Origin: Raillietiella orientalis
Taxonomy: Eukaryota
DNA length: 45,071 nucleotides
Assembly (NCBI GenBank): GCA_036172245.1
Contig: JAYWIR010000079.1
Location: 310,001 to 355,071 of the forward strand
Reading direction: 5' to 3'
The position numbers were made by a program, and so were the translations under genes. Position 1 is the first letter of the stretch; each line of letters begins with the position of its first letter. Below are positions 37,032-45,071 of the stretch, piece after piece. The notes under the pieces are model-generated. The model saw only the letters and a list, made by a program, of their open reading frames with translations. It was not told where the DNA came from and did no database searches.

Positions 37032-40000
37032 GGGACGCCCCATCGCGTGCCATGAAGCAGGTCGTTACACCTTCAAAGAGGTTTTCTCATCAGGGTGTTA
37101 AGCAGGGCGCTGTTCCTTTCGCGGAGCCTCCTTCACAAAAATCGGAGATCGTCCCTTCGGAAACGTTCTTCAGGGAAGTAACCAGATAGGCTCACCGCTC
37201 AATTCCTAACGAAGAACACATCCAGGGGCCTATTCTTTCCTGGTTCCCTCCGGAGATGAAACGAAGAGCGGCCACATGATCAAAGGACGCCTCCGGATAC
37301 CATTACCGAGGAAGACAGTTCCTTCGACGACATCCAGGACAAGGGTTTTTTCGTGGGTGCACATCCAAGAGTAAGTCTGGAATGGATGCCTTCTTCCTCC
37401 GGAGCCTTCCACCCGATGGTTGCGTAAGGATGTGGCTATCTCCCATAACTTGAAGAGTTGGACGCGCCCACGGATGGCGCGGAAGGTGACAAAGAGCTTC
37501 GGGAGCTCCCCCATGTGGAGAACAGCGGCTCTGCAGCACCGGGCGAACCATCCGAAAAGTGGAAGTGTTCTTGCCGATTCGACTCCGCGGACGTCTCACG
37601 ATTCTCCAGCTTCTCGCTGTTTCCGCCTTCCAAACGATTACAGAGTTTGGGACAGCATCCGCTCTCCTTGGACTCTTCATTGCCGGTGATTCTTACAGCA
37701 GGGACGAGTCCGCAGCAAGGAGCAACCATGGTCCGCCCACCCTTACGCTCGACCGCGCGTACTCCAGCGCCCGCTGCTCGTGCCGGAAAGAGCGGACGTG
37801 CGTCCGAGCGCTCACGATCCGAAGACGGAGGGCTCGAGCCAGGTTTTCCGGGACAGTTCAGGTTGTTTTCGCTTCGCGCGTCCCGAAGCGGTGTGGGTCC
37901 TTCCGCAGCACGCGGCGGAATGCTGCTCTGTATGCCCGCGCTTCATCCGCTCCCTTCTCAAGGTGCGCGGACGAGGGCGAGAACAGGTTCCAAAGGGGAT
38001 ACAGACCAGCTCAACAGCATCGGCTGCTGTCCGAGCGCGCTAGAGCGCGCAGCCTTCTTACAAGAACGGCGGCGAGCCGCTCCCGTGGTTTGGCGCAACT
38101 CTTCTGGCTGCTGGCTTCTTCCCTACGGATTCTATTGCTCCGAGAAGATCTCGAACTAGCCGTGCACCACCAACTGGTGGGAAAGCCCGGGCTGACGCGC
38201 CCTCCTTGCTTTCGGTGACCGCCTCCTCCTCCTTCTCTTCTGGATTCCCGCTTGCGCGGTTCGAGAGCGCCGCACTCGTCCTCTGTAGACGTGCACGAGC
38301 GCTTCTTTCCCGGAAAAATCAAGACTCCGCCAAGGTGCGTCGTGCACTTGCATCCCTCCCGAATGCAGCGATGGAGGCTGCCTCTCCGCAGGCGGACTGG
38401 ACAGATCGAACCTCTTTGTTTTTCTCTTTCCTTCTTTCCCGCTCCCCAGTCCCACTCCTTTGTCCACCTCCTCTTCTTCTTTCTCCTTTCCGGAGAGCAG
38501 CCTCCCTGCTCCAGCAGCCTCTCCGTCGTTTCCAGAGCATCTGCATCGCTCCATCTTCGCTGCACTTCCTATTGCGGCACTATTGCCCTGTGCTCCGGGC
38601 CGTCTCCCTCCAGAGATGGGTTGCAATCATGCGGACGGCAAACGCTGCCACGCCTCCGGACGATCTCGGAGCGGTCCGCACGTCGACTGGGCGACGGAGG
38701 TTCTGAAAGAGGTACGGAGAACGGCGAGCGAGAGACGGCTCGAGCCTCTTGCTGGCGGGCACAGCGATCCTCGCCTTCCTCCCTGAGTAACGTCTCGCCT
38801 TTCCGATCTACAGCTTCGGTGAACCTCGAATTTATGCATTCTCGCATCTTGGGAAGGCAGAAGCAAACGGGAGGACCCGACGCGGCGGCCACCCAAGCGC
38901 ATCCGTCTCGGTCGATCTGTTCCACGTGGAGCACAATGGATGCTGCACCCGTTAGCCTTTGGATGCCACGCTCGCCCATCTCGGTCGTGGAAGCGGGGCG
39001 GTCGTAGGGCAACGAGCGCTTCGTCGGGAAGGCACGACGAGTTTCCCGGGAGCAAGTTCTTCTCACGAGGGACGCGCGAGGTTTGTGTTTCCAAGATTCC
39101 TGCAGGCGAGCATCGGAAATGGGAAAACTCCGCGAGCCCGGGGGTTTGAATGCTGACCAGAGGGCTCGGGTAAGAAGTGGGAAGGGCTTCATCGCGGGTC
39201 GCCTCGAGGCTGCAGGGCCAAGTAAGCAGTCCGCCAAGAGAGACGCGCGGTCTGTGCGCCACCAGCTCTCGAAAAATTCCGTTTTTTTCCTCGCTCTCTC
39301 TCTGCACCTTCGCCTCCGCGCAGACTCGGAATCGCGGTTTCAAAAAGGACCCTCACCCCCCTCCAGGCACGTCTCCGGCCGGCATGCCTCCTCTGTCGCA
39401 CCGGGAATTCCGCAACAAGGGACGTGAAATTGCCCTCTTTGCGAGGGGTGACCAGGTCGCAAGCGGATGACCTGCTATCCGAAGGTGGCGGGTAGCATCA
39501 GGCACGACGCGAGGAACAGCCGAATAAGCAGCCGATCTCTCCACGGCGGGCGGGTTTCTTTTGGTGCTTTCGCCGCGTGCGATACGGGATGGAGGCAGCA
39601 GGGTGAAATAGGGGGGGAACAGTCGGAGGCGGAGCGCGCGCTGCACGGACGGGTCGCGGCGGATGCCGAGATGAACGCGGTAAGCGCTGCCGCTTCCTTC
39701 CCGCGCTGCAACCCTGGAAAGCACCAGCATCTTGCTGTCCGGGACAACCAACGGACGGTGTCCTCTCATCATCAGCGAGGGACAAAAGCGCCTTTAGGCA
39801 GACGCCCTCCAGCCAGCCGGATGCTTCTCGAAGGGATGGGGAACGCAAGGAGACTCCCCTTCTGGAGAGAGGCGCTTAGTTAAGGGCGTGCGGCAGAGAG
39901 CATGCCCGCTGTCGCTGGATGCGGGTGGCGACGACCGGGGTGCGCGCATGCACGTACACGTACCATCTACCGCCGTCTGGACGGACCGCGGCGAAAGAGG

Positions 40001-43000
40001 AGCTTCTTCTTCTTCTGCCACCGGCGATGCTGCACCAATCGACGCGCGCCTCTTGTTGCGCGGGAGGCGTCCACCAGACTCGCAGGAACGCCCGTGCCTC
40101 AGGCTCGCCTATTTGTGGATGTATTTTGTATGTTGGGGAGGGGTGTTCCGTGGGTTCCGATACTTGCTGTCGCGCGTACCTCGTGCCTTCCGCCGGAAGG
40201 TCTTACGGTCTTACTTACTGGATTCCTTTCTTTCCGTCTCCTTCTTCCGTCTTCCTCTGCCACAGGTTGCCGTCCATCGTGCATGCCGGCTGCGAGAAAG
40301 CAGTCGTACAACCGCATTCGGTTGGGCGACCCGCACCTCTTAGGCGACGTCGCTCCCTCCGGGATGAAAGTTGCCGTTCGCGGGGATGCATCTTCCCTCG
40401 CAGCAGCCGGCGGGCCGATCTCAGAAGCGATTTCGCGGAGGTCCGTTCCCTGCGGAGGACATCCGTTCGCGGGAGACCCACTAGGCGTTTTTTTTTTTCT
40501 TCTTCTCTCTTTCGAATCCGAGCCAAAGTAGGAATGGGAAACGAGGTTCCCGTGCGTCACGGTCGCTAGCTTTCGCGCGAAATACATTCCGGTTGCCGTT
40601 TTCTCGGACAAGGCTGCAGGTATGGCTGCGAACAGGCGCTTCTAACGGGAATCGCAGCCGTCGTGCTGCTTGCAGATCGCCAAGGAAAGATCAAAACGAC
40701 CTTTTATCTCTGGATGGGACGGAGACCTCGCTTTTTCATCACAGAGCACTTGGCTACGTGGTAGGCGTCGGTTATGCTCGGTCCGCTTTCGACGGTTGGT
40801 GGATGGGAAGACGCCGTACGATGGGTCGCCTTTGCTGCCATCGTCGGTGCCTTTGCTTGCACGAATGCTGGACGCAGCTGCACTTCCTCCTGGGGCACGG
40901 CGGGAAACTCCTTCTTCTTCTGGTCTCGCACCTCCGTGCCCTGGCGTCTCCGATGCTGTCGGCCAGGCGGCTACCAAGGCATTGCTGAGGTTTCGCCCCG
41001 TAATCCTGTGTGTTGCTCAAAGTGCGCGTTGGCGCTGCGGGACGCCAGACTGATATGCTGGAAATATTTCCGGAATTCGGGATGTGATTTCCAGAATGGG
41101 AGGAGGTTCCTCCACAGGCGCTGCCTTTTCTTTGCGAGCCCTTCTGGTGTTGCAACCGCGGATGCTGGATGTGAGTATCGGTGCGTTTTCGAATCTGTCC
41201 GGAAGATCCTGTTCCATTGCGGTGGAGGTACGCATCTCAAGATTGGCACTTTTCTTCGCCATCTCGCAACCAGGCTGCATCCCCAAGAAAGAGCAGATTC
41301 GCTATCTCGGATGTCGTACCTTTCTACGTGCGCGTGTTCCGCTGGGAATGTTCGTGCACCCTTGGTACCGCGCATCATCATCGCCGGGCGGCTGCTCTTC
41401 GCCTCTGGCTGCCTGCTCTTTCCATCGAGAAAGAAGCAGCCTTGCTGAAAACTTCCGAGCAGCGTAGCAACCATTCTTGACAGCGATGGCTTTTCTGGGG
41501 ATCGGACGAAAGTGCTTTTCACGGGATGCGTGTCTCACAGCACCCGCTTTCGCCAACAAGCACGATAATCGGTAGAAAGAAGTGGCTGAAACTGCAGGCC
41601 GAAATGTCGTGAGCGTCCGTGGCGGAAAAATCCGCAACGAGGAGGTCGAATCGCGCAAAGAACAAGCCTACGATCCCAACACCTACGTTTGGTGATCCTT
41701 CAACCAACACGATGCACTCTTTCGCCACCGCTCGCGATGAGGAAAGCGACCTTCTCCGTTGCTCGGGAGTAGCGGGCAGTCGCTACGGTTCAGGAAGAGC
41801 GTGGTTGTCCCACGCGCCCTGCCAAAGAGGGATCGAAATCCTGATGGATGCAGACAGCCTCCCTGCGCATGCTCACCGCGAACGTACGAGCGCTCCTACC
41901 CCTCTTTGACTTCCGCTCCCGAGCTCCTCTTTTCGGCCTCGCCGGCTGTTGGTTTCGCGCTGCTCCAACAGAGGTCGGCCCGATGGCGGCTCGGAGGCGC
42001 GTATGCCGGGAAATCGCGGCAGCTCGCGACGGATCGCGGAGGGTGTTTTCAACGCGCGCGTAAACCGATGAAAAGCAATCGAGCAGATCGAAAGCAGGAG
42101 ACGAAAGGGGAGGAGTAGATTGGGAACAGTAGGAACGAAATGCAAAAAACAGAAGCGCACACGCGCAAAGCAAAAAGAAAACAACGGGAAGACGGGGAAA
42201 TCTCGCACGCCTTTCCGGAGATCTCGGAGAAGAATCGACCGTTAGCTGGAGGAGCAGCCACCGCATATATACGGGTTACTAGGGCCAGGCACCTTCCGCT
42301 AGAAGCATTCTGCCCGTGCTCGGGGAAGGTTCCGCTACTGATCCGCCTACCGCTCTCCTCCTCCGCAAGAGTATGCATCCTCTGATCCTCGTCTCCGCCA
42401 CGCTCTTATGCCTGGCAGCCACGTCGCATGGCGAATCCGGGAACGACGGCAGCACCGGAAGAGGGAGAGACGACGATCCCAGATCGCGTAAGGCTTTCCT
42501 CCTCATCGGGGCGGCGTTTGGACGGGGGCTGTCGAGAAGGTGACCTTCCCCAGATGAACGTTCGTGTGCTCGTCAGGGCATGGCGGCGGGACGCTTATGA
42601 CAGGGAGAGGTTGCGAGAAGTGGTGCGGCTCTTCTTCTCCGGTAGGCGCCATCTTTTTCCGCGAGCGCGCCGAAAAGGTCGCCGCCGCTTTCGGGCACGA
42701 TGGCACCTTTCCTTTTCGAAGCTCTCGCACCTGCGAACTCAGGTGCGGGTGACTCTTTCCCAATCGGAAGAAACCTTTCAGTGTAGAAGGATGCAAGGGA
42801 CCATGTCGACCTCACACGGATAAACGCATACGGTTTACCGGATGCAGAACGACGGTGCGGGTGGTTTCCCGACGGCGGGTAGCGCTTGCTTCCTCTGTCC
42901 TCTTCATTCCGGGCAGCGTCGTGAATTTCTTTCCGCACAGGAGATGGTGGGATGCAGGAGAGAAGATTCACGCATGTTGCTCACGCGTTCGCACCCTCCT

Positions 43001-44464
43001 CGAAATGTCTCCGAGCGCGGCATGACTCCGATAGGCTCCTCCTCTAGATAAGGGGTCCCTAGGCTTTCTTCTGGTTTTCGCGGCGTCATCTGAACAGGCA
43101 CCGGCAGGGACCGGTTCCCCACATCTCGTTCCTCCTTTGCTTTTCCTTGGGGCTCAAACCCCGTGCCTGCTCTTGCCAGGCAGCCGCCTTCGAACGCTGT
43201 GCGCCTCCGGCACGGAAAGTCGGTTTGACCGCGGTCATGGGTCCTCTTCCTCTTCCGCAGGTTCTCTGCTGGCGATTGTGCGTCTGCAGCATCAGGAATG
43301 CCCAGCGGGAGACCTTCAGGGCACCTGCCTCTCTCACCGGGACTGCGCCGTTCGCAAGGGCAACTTCGTGGATAGGTGCGCCTTAGGTTTCGGCGTCTGT
43401 TGCACAGGTGAGGCACGCCATCCTCCCGGCAGGTCCAGCCTTTCGTTCCCTTCATCCTGATCCCAGTGTTCATTACGTGCAACCGCACCATCGCAGCCAA
43501 CAACACGTACTTTGTCAACACACCCGAGGTCGTGGAGGCTGGAGGCACTTGCCAGGTGAAGGTCCAGAAGGTCGGCTCGGTCGTTGTCCAGTACAGGTAT
43601 GCGGGAAGGAAGGTTATGCGGAGAATAAGGGTGAGCTGGAGGATGGAAGCTCGGGGGGCGCGTGCCCATTTCGGTGCGCCCCTTGGTGCACAGCGGCGGG
43701 CGATCATGACAACCGCTGCATTGCGCAGGTGGATTACGCTCTGAGAGCACCATTCGAGTGCCCGCTGTGCAAGGAGGAATCTTGTCGGAATGGCACAGGT
43801 GGTGGCATATGCCTGGGTCCCGTGGGTGAGGCTATCCTTCCGATTCCGTCGCCGTCATAACCCCTTTCCTCCGGCAACTTCGAAGGCGAAATCGGGAACA
43901 CACGGGCTTCTTGTTCCTAACTGCTGCAGGTCTTGGGAAAGCAAAGCGGCCGAAAGCATTGGATTCTTGCTCACTAGCGGAGCTTAACGGAAAAATTGCT
44001 GAATATACAAAGATTCCTAACTCCTTTCATGATCGCCTTTTTTTCACGAGAGGTTGGTGCTGCAGCCCTTCGTGGTGGCCCCGGCAATGCGGGATAAAGG
44101 CATCTGCAAGCCAGATTCGCTCTCCGTGTCTTCCCGAGGGAAGCCGCCCAGCGACCCGCTGCCGCTGATATGCGGTTCCAACACGAACAACCACCGTGAG
44201 CAGCCGTCGTGATCCCTCTCTCCCTTTCCCGTTTCCGCAACCGTGGTGTAAGCGTTTTCCACGATTTCCGGAAACTCGCTGGCGTGTCTCGCTTGTAGGG
44301 ATAGGGAAAGAGAGGGAGGGGTCTGCCGTGATATCCCGTTTGGACGGGGCTTCTTGTCCTTCCATCCTTTTAGTGTACGTCCCTTCCGGCCCGGATGTTT
44401 CGGAAGTCATCATCACGGCGACCTTGGGACCCTTGTCCGGCGTTATCAAACGCATGTGGACGAT
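37032..44464 (-). repeat. Right arm of the long inverted duplication (7433 bp), probably the derived copy
   Basis: It is the reverse complement of 20035-27466. It ends in the middle of CUB exon 5, whereas the left copy continues into exons 5-7. Confidence 0.97.
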
Positions 44465-44591
44465 CGGCATCATTACATCCAAATTCATTTTCAACCCCGA
44501 AGTACCTGCCTACACCGGATACATAAGCATCCTCAAGCAGCATCAGGAGGATTACATGTTGTACGCAGCAATTATCCTTGGAAACCGCTGA
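42373..44591 (+). pseudogene. Truncated/chimeric duplicate of the CUB gene. Exons 42373-42487, 43261-43407, 43467-43596, 44053-44195, then 44374-44591 reading through the breakpoint (250 aa if expressed)
   Basis: It matches the left gene up to KRMWTI at the 44464 boundary, then reads unrelated GIITSKFIFNPEVPAYTGYISILKQHQEDYMLYAAIILGNR*. It lacks exons 6-7 (the second CUB-like domain). Confidence 0.75.
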
Positions 44592-44641
44592 TGGCAACAT
44601 TCGCAGTCTCATTACAACTCAAATAAGGTACAGAGCAAACT

Positions 44642-44647
44642 TTTATT
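44642..44647 (-). promoter_or_regulatory. Polyadenylation signal AATAAA of the CUB paralog
   Basis: tttatt on the plus strand, about 22 nt downstream of the paralog stop codon at 44670-44672. Confidence 0.5.
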
Positions 44648-44669
44648 TTTTATACGAGTTAATAGCAGA

Positions 44670-45071
44670 TCACGAAGACACTTGAGTGTACTTGAGATCG
44701 AAACGAGCGCTCATCGGCATGGTCATCACAACGTTGTTTGTTTTGATGTGTAGCATCAATGGAAACACGGCAGCTGAAAGTTCAAATCACTACAAAAACC
44801 TTCACTTAGCGTCATCTTACTGCACAGTTTACATCGCGCCATCATGCCAGTTACAGCATTCCGAAAATTCCCGCAGAAACGCTCTAGTCTGTACAAAGCA
44901 TTCGCCATAAGTACAGCAGCCCGAGTACCACCGCAAGGGATGACAAAGGCATCGATCACACACTTTGCATCTAAACTGTTGCTCAAGAAAGTCGCAGCAG
45001 TCCTGTCGATCGAGTAACCAACTGTCGCTAAGCAACTGTAACCAACTGATTCAATATACGGTGAATATTGT
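44670..45071 (-). CDS. 3' end of a diverged paralog of the CUB-domain gene (exons >45071-44821 and 44773-44670); it runs off the window
   Basis: ATVGYSIDRTAATFLSNSLDAKCVIDAFVIPCGG...ERFCGNFRNAVTGMMARCKLC|TAVFPLMLHIKTNNVVMTMPMSARFDLKYTQVSS* aligns with ATSGFSLDATSMTSLSNSAVATCMNDFFRIPCGS...DRFCGNFLNPMTGQMAAAAVC|TTVRPYMLQIRTNDEIITEEMNAGFNLNYSQPFL*. The phase-1 intron is at the same position (47-bp GT-AG) and the last exon has the same 104-nt length. Confidence 0.8.

Noticed and set aside
43729..43825. Candidate CUB exon VDYALRAPFECPLCKEESCRNGTGGGICLGPVG (left copy 20674-20770)
   Set aside because: It is out of phase with the exon 3 donor (it gives RWITL*). The exon at 44053-44195 fits both phases and carries the expected ICGxN..H motif.
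20035..44464. Giant TIR transposon (Polinton/Maverick, Foldback) or viral genome with terminal inverted repeats
   Set aside because: There is no target-site duplication (flanks gtatgcga and cggcatca) and no integrase, PolB, capsid or transposase ORF in the spacer. The arm ends inside a host exon whose gene continues on the left.
1..45071. CRISPR array or prokaryotic defence system
   Set aside because: There are no regularly spaced direct repeats and no operon-like ORF packing, and the recognisable genes have spliceosomal introns.

Overview
This looks like eukaryotic, intron-containing animal DNA, most likely arthropod. That inference rests on the CUB-family proteins and an arthropod-type mitochondrial 12S tail. 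I see no prokaryotic operons, CRISPR arrays or intact transposases. The dominant structure is a near-perfect inverted duplication with arms at 20035-27466 and 37032-44464 (about 7.43 kb each; I found 13 substitutions and 1 indel) around a 9565-bp spacer. The left arm carries exons 1-5 of an intact 7-exon secreted CUB-domain gene (18434-22126, minus strand, 379 aa). The outer end of the duplication cuts through exon 5, so the right arm carries a truncated, chimeric copy (42373-44591). That copy faces the 3' end of a diverged paralog of the same gene (44670 to beyond 45071, minus strand). Other supported elements are a mitochondrial 12S rRNA 3'-end fragment at the end of an AT-rich island (NUMT-like), an intronic duplicate of an exon end, a diverged dispersed repeat of about 200-240 bp, and short hairpins. 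Several short, degenerate domain-like ORFs (TAF3/BTP-like, PH-like, death-domain-like) could not be built into genes. Most long six-frame ORFs look spurious. I cannot claim a new biological system: the palindrome may be real, or it may be an amplification, assembly or otherwise non-native artefact, and that should be tested first.
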